Positions 1 through 8,496 of a stretch of 13,385 nucleotides of DNA are shown in pieces. The number at the start of each line of letters is the position of its first letter. Within the stretch, counting starts at the first letter, position 1. This DNA is from Candidatus Bipolaricaulia bacterium (lineage in GTDB: Bacteria; Bipolaricaulota; Bipolaricaulia; JBHIAT01). The position numbers were made by a program, and so were the translations under genes. The DNA lies in contig JBHIAT010000099.1 of the NCBI GenBank assembly GCA_046758705.1, forward strand, positions 1 through 13,385, given 5' to 3'. Under the pieces are notes generated by a model. That model was not told where the DNA came from and did no database searches. It worked only from the letters and a program-made list of their open reading frames with translations.

Positions 1-200
1 TACCAAGCCCTATTCCATCGAACTGTTTTTGATCCTGGTGGGTAAGCTTGGTTGCGGGTTAGCCGGCGAGTTTCCTGCTACGATCGTATGTGCAATAATC
101 GGGAATCCTTTACATTCAAGGGTTGAATCTGTCAGTTAGGTTCGGTTTTTCTCAGGATTTCTCCCCATCACTACCTGATCCAATATCCTAAGTTCCTACC

Positions 201-299
201 TTAAAAACAGAATCTTGTCTGTCTCAGAGAATCCAGATCCTCGAGGAGATGATGATCGTCGATCGCCTGCAAGCAGGAGATGTCATCGTAGGGGTTCAT
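201..299 (-). pseudogene. 32-codon ORF coupled to pgsA; probable 5' fragment of a disrupted gene, resembling the N-terminus of bifunctional phosphoglucose/phosphomannose isomerase
   Basis: ATG at 299-297 overlaps the pgsA stop (TGATG). It translates as MNPYDDISCLQAIDDHHLLEDLDSLRQTRFCF*. The first ~25 codons have host-like usage (AAC CCC TAC GAC ATC TCC ... ATC GAC ... CTC CTC GAG), then the sequence turns AT-rich and stops at 203-201. The pattern M-x-x-x-DD-xxx-L-xx-ID-xxx-hL-xx-L-xx-L matches my recollection of PGI/PMI N-termini; not searched. Confidence 0.4.
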
Positions 300-847
300 C
301 AGGGTTGGCTGAACAGCCCTCGGCTGCGATAGAAGTAGTCAGCCCCGGAGAGCAATGCCAGTGCGACCGCCAGATAGATGAACACCACCTTGAGCACCTC
401 GCCAACCTCCCCCCAGTTCCAAGAGCTGTTCCCGAGGATGACCAGCACCAACGCGATGTGGGAGATCGTCTTGATCTTGCCCAGCGTGCTGGCGCTAATG
501 ATCAGATCCTGGGAGATCGCCATGATGCGCAGCCCGGTGACGAGAAACTCCCGGCTGATGATGATCATCACCCAGACGGCTGAGATCTGGTTGAGCTGGA
601 TGAACGACAGCAGGGCGGCGGCGACCAGCAGCTTGTCGGCCAGAGGATCGGCGAACTTGCCGAATGTGGTGATCTGCTTCCAGTTGCGGGCGATGTAGCC
701 GTCGACCGCATCGGTCGCCGATGCGATCATGAAGATCACCAGTGCGATAATCTCACCCCCGCGGATCGGGGTGAGCAGAAAGATCATAAACAGCGGGACC
801 ATCAGGATACGGGCTAAGGTGATCCGATTAGGAATGTTAAATTCCAT
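299..847 (-). CDS. pgsA: CDP-diacylglycerol--glycerol-3-phosphate 3-phosphatidyltransferase
   Basis: 182 aa hydrophobic protein. N-terminal NIPNRITLAR, CDP-alcohol phosphotransferase signature DAVDGYIARxxxxxxxFGKFADPLADK, plus IISREFLVTGLR and GKIKT motifs typical of bacterial PgsA. Confidence 0.94.
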   Translation of the reverse strand: MEFNIPNRITLARILMVPLFMIFLLTPIRGGEIIALVIFMIASATDAVDGYIARNWKQITTFGKFADPLADKLLVAAALLSFIQLNQISAVWVMIIISREFLVTGLRIMAISQDLIISASTLGKIKTISHIALVLVILGNSSWNWGEVGEVLKVVFIYLAVALALLSGADYFYRSRGLFSQP

Positions 848-861
848 CGCGCTTTCCCAAA

Positions 862-2769
862 CTATTTTATCGTATCCGTCTTGCCCACATCAAGCCCGGC
901 CAGCCGGTAATCGGGCACCAGATCCTGAAGCAGTTCGAGGATCCGGTCGTTCTCACCCGCCTCGACCAAGCGTTGCAATCGATCCAGATCGATGAACAGG
1001 GATTCGCTGGGGGCGGCAATCCTGGCGATGAAGATCTTTTCGTTTTGGGTGGCGATCTTGTTTTCCTCCGCCGTCAGGATGCTCTCATAGAGGCGTTCCC
1101 CGGGTCGCGGGCCGGTGAAGACGATCGGAATATCCTCATCCGGTTCCAGCCCCGAGAACCGGATGAGTTCACGAGCCAGGTCCACGATCTTGACGAGCTC
1201 CCCCATATCGAGGACGTAGACCTCCCCGCCCTGGCCCATCGCCCCGGCCTGCAGCACCAACAACACCGCTTCGGAGGTCACCATGAAGTAGCGTTCCATC
1301 TCCGGGTGAGTCACCGTTACCGGGCCGCCGTGGCGGATCTGCCCCTGGAAGATCGGGACAACACTCCCCCGGCTTCCCAGGACATTCCCGAACCGCACCG
1401 CGATGAACTGGGTGGTCTCCCGTTCGTTCAGGGCGGTGATGACCATCTCGGCGACCCGTTTGGACGCGCCCATGACCGAAGTGGGATTGACCGCTTTGTC
1501 GGTGGAGATCAGCACAAACTTCTCAGCGCCGAATTCCGCCGCCGCCTCAGCGACGATCCGGGTGCCAAGGACGTTATTCTTGACCGCCTCGTCGGGATGA
1601 CGTTCCATGACCGGCACGTGTTTGTAAGCGGCCGCGTGGAAGACGACCTGGGGACGGTGTGCCCGAAACACCTCCCGGATCTTCCGACGGTCTTTGATGT
1701 CCCCGATGACGGCGGTGCATCCCAGCTTGGGATACCGCTCCACCAGCTGTTGGTCGATCATGAACAGGGCGGACTCATCCTGATCGAGCAGGACGAGATG
1801 CGCCGGCGCGAAGCTCAAAACCTGGCGACAGAGTTCGGTTCCGATCGAACCGCCGGCACCGGTGACCAGGATCGATCGCCCTTTCAGATAGCTTTCGATC
1901 TCCTGGGTGTCGATCTCGATCGAGTCGCGGCCGAGCAGGTCCTCGACCTGGATCTCCCGGAGATCGGCCAGACCGACCTCTCCGAGGATCAGCTCGCTCA
2001 AACCGGGCAGGATGCGAATCTTTTCAACACCGGCACCCCGGGCCAGCTCGACCGTCTCGCGAATGACCCTGGAAGTTGCCGACGGCATCGCGATCAGGAC
2101 GTTCTCGACCCGATGTTCTTCGACGAGCTGCGGGATGTTTTCCCGGCCTCCCAAAACCTGGAACCCATGGATCGAGGTCCTGTGCTTCGCCGGGTTGTCA
2201 TCGACGAAGCCGACGGGGAGATAGTTCAGGCTGCGGTCGTTGCGGATGTTTCGGGCGATCTGCTCGCCCGCATCCCCCGCCCCGACGATGAGGGTGCGCT
2301 CGCCGGTCTCCGGAAGGTGTTTGTTGAAGAACCTGAACCTGAGGTAGATCCGTTTGGCGAACCGGAAGCCGCCGATCAGAACCAGGGTGAGGAAGTAGTC
2401 AATGGCGAGGATCGACCTGGGGAAGCCGGTGAGCCCGGGAACGGGAGCATCCCTCAGGATGAAGAACAGCGTTCCCATGAGCAGGAGGCTGTAGCTGGTT
2501 CCGAGCACCACCGCCAGGAGCTCTTCGATACTGGCATAAGCCCAGCTGATCTGGTAAAGCCTCTGCCAGGAGAAGATCGGGATCTTGATGGCGAGCGCCA
2601 CCAAGATGAGCAGCGGCAGATCCTCCAGGTAATGACTGGGGATCCGACCCTCAAACCTCAGGACGAACGCCCCGTACATCGCCAGGGCGATGAGCAGTAT
2701 GTCGAAGCTGAGGAAGAAGGTCGCCCGCTTCCAGGCGGTCCGGATCAGCAACTTATTCATCAGGTTCAT
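862..2769 (-). CDS. pglF: Membrane-anchored UDP-GlcNAc 4,6-dehydratase (PglF/CapD/WbpM family)
   Basis: 635 aa with about four N-terminal TM segments, a GAGDAG linker domain, then TGAGGSIG, FHAAAYKHVP, STDKAVNPTSVMGASKR (Met in place of the SDR Tyr, as in PglF/WbpM), RFGNVLGSRGSV and GPRPGERLYE. ATGA overlap with the upstream gene at 2766-2769. Confidence 0.93.
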   Translation of the reverse strand: MNLMNKLLIRTAWKRATFFLSFDILLIALAMYGAFVLRFEGRIPSHYLEDLPLLILVALAIKIPIFSWQRLYQISWAYASIEELLAVVLGTSYSLLLMGTLFFILRDAPVPGLTGFPRSILAIDYFLTLVLIGGFRFAKRIYLRFRFFNKHLPETGERTLIVGAGDAGEQIARNIRNDRSLNYLPVGFVDDNPAKHRTSIHGFQVLGGRENIPQLVEEHRVENVLIAMPSATSRVIRETVELARGAGVEKIRILPGLSELILGEVGLADLREIQVEDLLGRDSIEIDTQEIESYLKGRSILVTGAGGSIGTELCRQVLSFAPAHLVLLDQDESALFMIDQQLVERYPKLGCTAVIGDIKDRRKIREVFRAHRPQVVFHAAAYKHVPVMERHPDEAVKNNVLGTRIVAEAAAEFGAEKFVLISTDKAVNPTSVMGASKRVAEMVITALNERETTQFIAVRFGNVLGSRGSVVPIFQGQIRHGGPVTVTHPEMERYFMVTSEAVLLVLQAGAMGQGGEVYVLDMGELVKIVDLARELIRFSGLEPDEDIPIVFTGPRPGERLYESILTAEENKIATQNEKIFIARIAAPSESLFIDLDRLQRLVEAGENDRILELLQDLVPDYRLAGLDVGKTDTIK

Positions 2770-3899
2770 CGTAGTGAAGTGAGCACCTCTCTCAATCCCT
2801 CGACCACGTAATCGATCTCCGCTTCGGTGAGACGGTTGTAGAACGGTAGGGCGATCGTTCGTTCGCCCATCGCCTCTGTGACCGGGAACTCCCCCTCCCG
2901 ATGGCCGAAGGCATTCCGGTAGAACGGCTCCAGATGAATCGGCTGAAAGTAGTGCCCACAGCTGATCCCACGGGATTCAAGTCGATCTATGACCCGGTCC
3001 CGTTCCCGGCGGGACGCCCCGGTCAACCGGATCACATAGACGAACCAGCTCATCTTGACCTCGGGTGAGACACCGGGGGGCTCCACCCCGTCCACCTCGT
3101 CGAGCCGCTCCCGGTACCGGGCGGCGACCTCTGTCCGCCGCATCAGGATCTCGTCGATCCGTTCGAGTTGGGCGAGCCCCAGTGCACAGTTGATGTCACT
3201 GATCCGGTAGTTGTAACCGAGTCGGACATGGCGAGCCGCCTCATCCCCAATGCTCCGCCCCTGGTTTCTCATGCTGCGGCACAGCGCCGCGATCTCAGGA
3301 TCGTCGGTCACGATCGCGCCACCCTCACCGGTGGTGATCTGCTTGTTGGGGTAGAAGGCGAACGCACCGATGTCACCAAGGGTCCCGGCCTGCGTTCCCC
3401 GATATTCGGCGCCCAGCGCCTCACAGCTGTCCTCGATCAACTGGATCCGGTGTCGATCTGCGATGTCTCGGAGCCGGGCCCAATCGGCCGGGTGTCCGAA
3501 CAGATCGACCGCCAGGATCGCCTTCGTCCGTTCGCTGAGCTTCGCTTCGATCGCCTCAACGTCGATGTTCAGGGTATCGGGATCGATATCGACGAAGACC
3601 GGCCGCGCACGCTCGAACAGGATGCAGTTGGACGAGGCGACGAAGCTGAACGGTGTGGTGATCACCTCGTCACCTTCCCCGATCCCCAGCGCTCGAATGG
3701 CGAGATGCAAGGCACTGGTCCCGCTGTTGACGGCGATCGCATGACGTGCCCCGACGTACTCGGCCAGTTTTTTTTCAAACTCAGCCAGCTTCGGCCCCAA
3801 GCTGAGGTCGGGGGTGGAGAGCACCTCTAACACATAGGCTCTCTCCAGATCGGTGATCTCCGGTCTGGAGAGCGGGACATACATCTCGACCTGGCTCAT
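2766..3899 (-). CDS. DegT/DnrJ/EryC1/StrS-family PLP-dependent sugar aminotransferase (PglE-like role)
   Basis: 377 aa. Motifs NSGTSALH, TPFSFVAS, PVFVDID, IEDSCEA, FAFYPNKQITTGEGG (PLP lysine), GYNYR and IALPF. ATGA overlap with the upstream gene at 3896-3899. Confidence 0.93.
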   Translation of the reverse strand: MSQVEMYVPLSRPEITDLERAYVLEVLSTPDLSLGPKLAEFEKKLAEYVGARHAIAVNSGTSALHLAIRALGIGEGDEVITTPFSFVASSNCILFERARPVFVDIDPDTLNIDVEAIEAKLSERTKAILAVDLFGHPADWARLRDIADRHRIQLIEDSCEALGAEYRGTQAGTLGDIGAFAFYPNKQITTGEGGAIVTDDPEIAALCRSMRNQGRSIGDEAARHVRLGYNYRISDINCALGLAQLERIDEILMRRTEVAARYRERLDEVDGVEPPGVSPEVKMSWFVYVIRLTGASRRERDRVIDRLESRGISCGHYFQPIHLEPFYRNAFGHREGEFPVTEAMGERTIALPFYNRLTEAEIDYVVEGLREVLTSLR

Positions 3900-4555
3900 C
3901 TTGCTGCTCCCCTGTCACTCTCGATCGCCCGTGCTGGAACCCCGACGGCGACCACTCCGTCGATAAGATCCTCGACGACGACCGCCCCAGCGCCGACCGT
4001 CACGTTCGCGCCGATCCGGATCTCTTGGATCACGCTCGCCCCGATGCCGATGTGGGTCAACGGACCCACACACACCCCGCCGGCCAGATGAGCCCCCGGC
4101 GAGATGTGGACGAAGTCACCGATGACACAGTCGTGATCGACGGTCGCCCCGGTGTTGACGATGGCATGATCACCGATGGTTGTGCCCAGGTTGACGGCGA
4201 CATTGGCCATCACCACCGTCCCGGGACCGAGGGTCACGTCCCGGGCGATCTGGGCCGATGGATGAACCGCGACCGCGAACTTATACTCCAGCGATCCGAT
4301 CCGCTCACCCAAGGAGCTTCGCACCCGGTTGTCCCCAATGGTGAGCAGCAACCGACAATCTCGATAGCGATCCCCGTCCAGCCGATCGCCACCGCCGATG
4401 ATCTCATGACCGCAGAAGAGGCTCCCGTGGCGTGTGGGATCGTCATCGAGAACGCCGACGATCCGATGCCTCGCTTCACACTCCACGATATCGATAACCA
4501 CCTTAGCATGGCCGCTCGCTCCGTAGATGAGCAAAGGTGTTGGTTCACTCATCAC
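3896..4555 (-). CDS. pglD: PglD/NeuD-family sugar N-acetyltransferase (left-handed beta-helix)
   Basis: 219 aa. N-terminal GASGHAKVV, IGDNRVR, VHPSA, hexapeptide repeats, VDHDC (catalytic His position), HISPG and GVPAR. Start is GTG at 4555 or ATG at 4552. Confidence 0.9.
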   Translation of the reverse strand: MMSEPTPLLIYGASGHAKVVIDIVECEARHRIVGVLDDDPTRHGSLFCGHEIIGGGDRLDGDRYRDCRLLLTIGDNRVRSSLGERIGSLEYKFAVAVHPSAQIARDVTLGPGTVVMANVAVNLGTTIGDHAIVNTGATVDHDCVIGDFVHISPGAHLAGGVCVGPLTHIGIGASVIQEIRIGANVTVGAGAVVVEDLIDGVVAVGVPARAIESDRGAAR

Positions 4556-4559
4556 TCAT
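4546..4559 (-). repeat. 7-bp tandem duplication (ATGAGTG x2) at the sugar transferase/acetyltransferase junction
   Basis: Minus strand reads GGAGGAGGAACG-ATGAGTG-ATGAGTG-AACCA. The first copy contains the sugar transferase stop and the second contains the in-frame acetyltransferase ATG. Confidence 0.8.
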
Positions 4560-5212
4560 CGTTCCTCCTCCCGGCGGTTTCCTTTCCCTTTCTCTTCCCG
4601 TCCGAGAAAATCGTCGTTGATCCCGCCCTCGCCGTAGATCCCCTCACGCCGAGCCACCACGATGAGGGTCCTGAACAAGATCTTGAGGTCGAGCCACACG
4701 GATCGATGGTCAATGTACCACACGTCCAATCGGATCCGCTCCTCCCAGTCGATGAGATTCCGCCCGTGGATCAGTGCCCAGCCGGTGATCCCTGGCTTGA
4801 CCGTGAGCCTACGCTGCTGAAACGCATCGTACTGTTCGACCTGATATCCCAACGTCGGCCGCGGGCCGACGAGGCTCATCTCCCCGCTCACCACGTTGAT
4901 CAGCTGAGGCAGCTCGTCGATCCCCCACTCTCGCAGGAGTTTTCCGATCCAGGTGATCCGGGGGTCATCAGCGGAGACGGTGTATCCCAGCCCCTGGTTG
5001 ACGGCCCCTTCGACCATCGTGCGGAACTTCCAGGTCACGAACGGTTTTTCATCCATGCCGATCCGCTCCTGGCGGAAGAAGACCGGCCCCCGGGAGTCGA
5101 GTTTAATGAGCAGGGCGACGACCAGGAACAGAGGAGCGAGCAGAGCCAGGCCGATCAGCGCCCCCACCATGTCGATAATCCGCTTCACCGTCCGGTAGAT
5201 GCTGTCTCGCAC
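4556..5212 (-). CDS. pglC: Small monotopic phosphoglycosyl transferase (PglC/EpsL-like initiating sugar transferase)
   Basis: 218 aa, GTG start. KRIID, one hydrophobic re-entrant segment with Pro, GPVFFRQERIG, KFRTM, DDPRIT, IDELPQLINV (Asp-Glu dyad), MSLVGPRP, KPGITGWA and DVWY. Confidence 0.92.
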   Translation of the reverse strand: MRDSIYRTVKRIIDMVGALIGLALLAPLFLVVALLIKLDSRGPVFFRQERIGMDEKPFVTWKFRTMVEGAVNQGLGYTVSADDPRITWIGKLLREWGIDELPQLINVVSGEMSLVGPRPTLGYQVEQYDAFQQRRLTVKPGITGWALIHGRNLIDWEERIRLDVWYIDHRSVWLDLKILFRTLIVVARREGIYGEGGINDDFLGREEKGKGNRREEER

Positions 5213-6366
5213 AGTTGTCGGTAGACCTCCACCTGTCTCTCCAGAACCTGACGTTCATCAAACTCGGCTTCGACTCGCTTGCGCCCCGCCTCGCCCATCC
5301 GGCAGGCAAGCGACTCGTCGGACAGGATCCGAATGATTGCCCCAGCCAGCGCGTTGGGATCACCGACCGGTACCAACAGGCCAGTGATCCCGTCGACGAC
5401 CTCCTCCCGACAGCCGCGAATGTCGGTGGCAACCACCGGCAGGCCGCTGGCCATCGCTTCCAGGATCGTCCTCGGCATCCCCTCTCGGTGGGAGGGCAAC
5501 ACGAACAGATCGACCGCCGACAGGATCTCGGGGATATCCTCCCGGAACCCGGTGAACCGGATCTTCCCATCGAGGCCGCTCCGTTGAATGGTCTGGCGGA
5601 GTTGGGTTTCAACCCCACGCTCTCGATCGCTCGTCAGCGTCTCGCCAACGACCAAAAGCTTCGCCTCAGGGACCGCCCTGACGACCTTCTCCATCGCCCG
5701 CACCAACTCCTCGATCCCTTTCTCTCGAACGACCCGACCGGCGAACGCGATCGTCTTGTCCGCGGTGCCAAGCCCCAGCGATTGTCGAACGTGATGCTTC
5801 GGGCTGCGCCGGGGGGAGAGCCGATCGACATTGACCCCGTTGCCGATCCACACCACTCGGCCATCGGTTGCGATCCCCTCCTTCAGGGCGGTGTCGTGAT
5901 CCTCACGACTCTGGGTCAGGATGACGTCGGTGAAAGCTCGGCCGATGATCCGCTCGATCCAGATGAACAGACGCCGTTCCCATCGGCTCATCCGATCGTG
6001 AAAGTAGAAACCGTGGGCGGTGTAGATGATGATTGGAACCCGGGCCAGCCAGGCAGCGATCCGACCGACGACACTGGCGACCGGTGTGTGGGTGTGAACG
6101 ATCTCGAACCGTTCCCGCCGAATGAACCGGTACAGAGCCCACAGCGACTTGAGGTTGGAGAGCGGGGCGATCCGGCGACGGATCTCGATCGGTGTGACAG
6201 CATAGCCTGCTTCCCGCAAGCTTCTCAGGTACGGACCGTCTGAGCAGACGGCCTGGACACTGAAACCTGCCTCGATCAGCCGGTCGATCAGCGGCAGGAG
6301 CAGTTTCTCAACCGTGATGTCGGCGGCGGTCACCTGCAGGATCTTCCCCTTCCCTTTCCCCTTCAC
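5185..6366 (-). CDS. GT4 retaining glycosyltransferase (PglA/CapM-like)
   Basis: 393 aa. The GTG start overlaps the upstream stop (GTGA, 6363-6366). Motifs VHTHTP, YTAHGFYF, GNGV, GRVVREKG, VLPSHREGMPRTILEAMASGLPVVATDIRGCRE (EX7E) and TGLLVP. Confidence 0.92.
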   Translation of the reverse strand: MKGKGKGKILQVTAADITVEKLLLPLIDRLIEAGFSVQAVCSDGPYLRSLREAGYAVTPIEIRRRIAPLSNLKSLWALYRFIRRERFEIVHTHTPVASVVGRIAAWLARVPIIIYTAHGFYFHDRMSRWERRLFIWIERIIGRAFTDVILTQSREDHDTALKEGIATDGRVVWIGNGVNVDRLSPRRSPKHHVRQSLGLGTADKTIAFAGRVVREKGIEELVRAMEKVVRAVPEAKLLVVGETLTSDRERGVETQLRQTIQRSGLDGKIRFTGFREDIPEILSAVDLFVLPSHREGMPRTILEAMASGLPVVATDIRGCREEVVDGITGLLVPVGDPNALAGAIIRILSDESLACRMGEAGRKRVEAEFDERQVLERQVEVYRQLCETASTGR

Positions 6367-7313
6367 CTCGAACCTCCTGGCTCTCCCTGCTGATGCCAGG
6401 CAACCGTCCGCTCCAGACCCTCCCGTAACCCGACCGTCGGTCGATAGTCAAGCAGTTCCTCGGCCCGGGAGATGTCAGCGAGCGAGTGTCGGACGTCCCC
6501 AGACCGGGGCGATTCATGACGGGGTGCGACACTGGCACCGATGATCTCACTCAGGGACCTGGCGAGCTCGTTGACGGTGGTGCGCTGCCCGCAGGCGATG
6601 TTGAAGGTCTCACTGACACCCCGCTCCGCTTGGGCCGCCAGCAGATTCGCCGCCACGACGTTGTCAATGTAGGTAAAGTCCCGAGACTGGTCTCCATCTC
6701 CGTAGATCGTCGGGGGGCGACCGGCTAACAGGGCGTCGATGAATTTGGGAATGACCGCCGCATACGGCGAGGCAGGATCCTGACGCGGTCCGAAGACGTT
6801 GAAGTAGCGAAGCGAGATCGTCTCCAGACCGTAGACCGAATGAAAGATTTTACAGTACAGTTCACCGGCCAGCTTGCTCACCGCATAAGGGGAACGGGGA
6901 TCGGGTCTCATCGCCTCCCGTTTGGGCAGCTCCGGCGTCTCCCCATAGACCGACGAGGATGACGCGTAGACGACCCGTCGGACGCCGGCATCCCGGGCGG
7001 CGATCAGCAGGTTCAACGTCCCGGTCGCGTTCGCTGCGTGGCTCGCTTGGGGATCCTTGACCGATCGGGGGACAGATGGCAGGGCTGCCTGATGGAATAC
7101 CAGGTCGACCCCGGCCATCGCCTCGCGCAGGCGATCGAAGTGCATCAGATCCGCTTCGACCAACTCCACTCCGCTCAGCGACTCGATATTCTCGAGCCTC
7201 CCGGTGCTGAGATTATCGAACACGCGCACCCGTTCTCCGACCTCGATCAGTCGTTCGACCAGATGGGAACCGATGAACCCGGCTCCGCCGGTCACCAAAT
7301 AGGTCTGTGCCAA
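6363..7313 (-). CDS. NAD-dependent epimerase/dehydratase, WbpP-like UDP-GlcNAc 4-epimerase
   Basis: 316 aa, TTG start with a strong AGGAGG RBS. Motifs TGGAGFIGSH, HQAALPSVPRSV, ASSSSVYG, SPYAVSK (YxxxK), LRYFNVFGPRQDPxSxYAAVIPKF and GDGDQSRDFTY. Confidence 0.9.
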   Translation of the reverse strand: MAQTYLVTGGAGFIGSHLVERLIEVGERVRVFDNLSTGRLENIESLSGVELVEADLMHFDRLREAMAGVDLVFHQAALPSVPRSVKDPQASHAANATGTLNLLIAARDAGVRRVVYASSSSVYGETPELPKREAMRPDPRSPYAVSKLAGELYCKIFHSVYGLETISLRYFNVFGPRQDPASPYAAVIPKFIDALLAGRPPTIYGDGDQSRDFTYIDNVVAANLLAAQAERGVSETFNIACGQRTTVNELARSLSEIIGASVAPRHESPRSGDVRHSLADISRAEELLDYRPTVGLREGLERTVAWHQQGEPGGSR

Positions 7314-7339
7314 GATCCTCCTCTCCCCTCCCGTTCGCT

Positions 7340-7368
7340 ATTCTACCCAACTATCGGTAATTTATAAA
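7340..7368 (-). promoter_or_regulatory. Candidate internal sigma70-type promoter
   Basis: Minus strand has TTTATA (7368-7363), an exact 17-bp spacer and TAGAAT (7345-7340) in an AT-rich patch of the 70-bp intergenic gap. A purine-rich leader GGGAGGGGAGAGGAGGATC follows, ending at the TTG start at 7313. Confidence 0.55.
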
Positions 7369-7383
7369 CTTTGGGGCCACCCT

Positions 7384-8496
7384 TCAAGAACTCTTCAAGG
7401 ATCGTTGGTAGATTCGCTCGATTCGATCGACCATCGTCGTCACGCTGAAACGGTCCTCCAATCTGCGACGCCCTGCCCTACCCATCGCCCGGGCGAGATC
7501 CCGATCCTGGATGAGCTTCAACATCGCGTCGCTCAGTGCAGGGACATCCCCTGGAGGAACCAGGATACCGGTCTCCCCGTCGGTGACCACCTCCGGGATG
7601 GCCGTCACCGCCGTGGCCACGATCGGCAAGTTTGCGGCCATCGCCTCGAGCAGGACCAACCCGAAACCCTCCCACAGCGACGGCAGGACGAACAAGTCGA
7701 ACTCAGCGAGGATGGCAGGAATGTCGGTTCGGAATCCGGCGAATATGACGTGCTCCTCAATCTCCAGCTCCCGGGTCAGCCGCTTCATCTCCGTTTCCAA
7801 CTCGCCTCGGCCGACGATCAGCAACCAGGAGGCGGGCGCTTGCTTCAGGACGTTTGCGAACGCACGGATCAAATGGAGAAGTCCCTTCTGCTCGGTCAGG
7901 CGGGCGATCGTCCCGACCAAAGATGTCTCGGGTTCGATGCCAAACTCTTTTCTGATGGGAGCGCGATCGTTCAACCGTGCATAGGGGGATGGATCCAGGC
8001 CATAACGGACGGTCGTGATCCGCTCCGGATCGAGGCCGATCTCAGCCATGAACGCTCCGACATAACCGGAGATGACGATGATCCGATCGCAGAACGAGGA
8101 GATCCAACGGTGGATCGATCGATAGGGGTTCCGTCTCAGGGCCCAGTAGACGTTGTGCTTGGATGACAGGATGGCTGGTACCCCGGTGAGACGGGCGGCG
8201 AGGATCCCGTAGAGGTCAGCACGGGGAAGGTGGGTGTGAACGATATGATAGCGGTGCGTGCGGATCAACCTGAGCAACCGCCCCAGGACACGGACATCGG
8301 TGTCGAACCGCATCTTCATGGGGATCACGGTCGCACCCAACCCTTGTAATGTGTCCCGGAGCTCACCGCGCCCCTTGAGGTAAGCGATGGTGATCTGGTA
8401 ACGCTCACGATCCAGGCCCCGAACGAGCGACAACAGATGGTTCTCCGCGCCGCCGACGTCGATCGTCGTGATTACATGGAGAATTCGTATCTTCAA
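7384..8496 (-). CDS. GT4 retaining glycosyltransferase
   Basis: 370 aa, TTG start. Motifs ILHVITxxxVGGAE, VHTH, ARLTEQKG, FAGFRTDI, FVLPSLWEGFGLVLLEAMA (EX7E) and IPEVVTDGETGILV. Confidence 0.92.
   Translation of the reverse strand: MKIRILHVITTIDVGGAENHLLSLVRGLDRERYQITIAYLKGRGELRDTLQGLGATVIPMKMRFDTDVRVLGRLLRLIRTHRYHIVHTHLPRADLYGILAARLTGVPAILSSKHNVYWALRRNPYRSIHRWISSFCDRIIVISGYVGAFMAEIGLDPERITTVRYGLDPSPYARLNDRAPIRKEFGIEPETSLVGTIARLTEQKGLLHLIRAFANVLKQAPASWLLIVGRGELETEMKRLTRELEIEEHVIFAGFRTDIPAILAEFDLFVLPSLWEGFGLVLLEAMAANLPIVATAVTAIPEVVTDGETGILVPPGDVPALSDAMLKLIQDRDLARAMGRAGRRRLEDRFSVTTMVDRIERIYQRSLKSS

Noticed and set aside
201..224. ACAGA-6nt-TCTGT hairpin followed by TTTT on the minus strand; also considered as an IS terminal repeat
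   Set aside because: The stem is weak and AT-rich. There is no matching second inverted repeat, target-site duplication or transposase in the window, so neither a terminator nor a named IS can be supported.
244..289. Imperfect direct repeat AGGAGATG...ATCGT at 244 and 275, with an apparent plus-strand RBS and ATG
   Set aside because: It is better explained as the reverse complement of the coding fragment coupled to pgsA. The plus-strand ORF is only 27 codons and runs into pgsA.
973..2811. 612-aa plus-strand ORF, and similar long ones at 3168-3830, 4025-5224, 5215-6243 and 7405-8166
   Set aside because: These are antisense shadows of well-supported minus-strand genes. They have no recognisable motifs, and such shadows are expected in GC-rich coding DNA with strong codon bias.
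3768..3775. A8 run in the aminotransferase coding strand (GAA AAA AAA)
   Set aside because: It is in frame and encodes EKK in a core gene. Eight A's is below the length usually linked with phase variation.
6343..6366. KGKGKGK low-complexity N-terminus of the GT4 (AAGGGG/AAAGGG repeats)
   Set aside because: The repeat is short, imperfect and in multiples of 6 nt, so it does not shift the frame. It is likely neutral slippage in a purine-rich start region.
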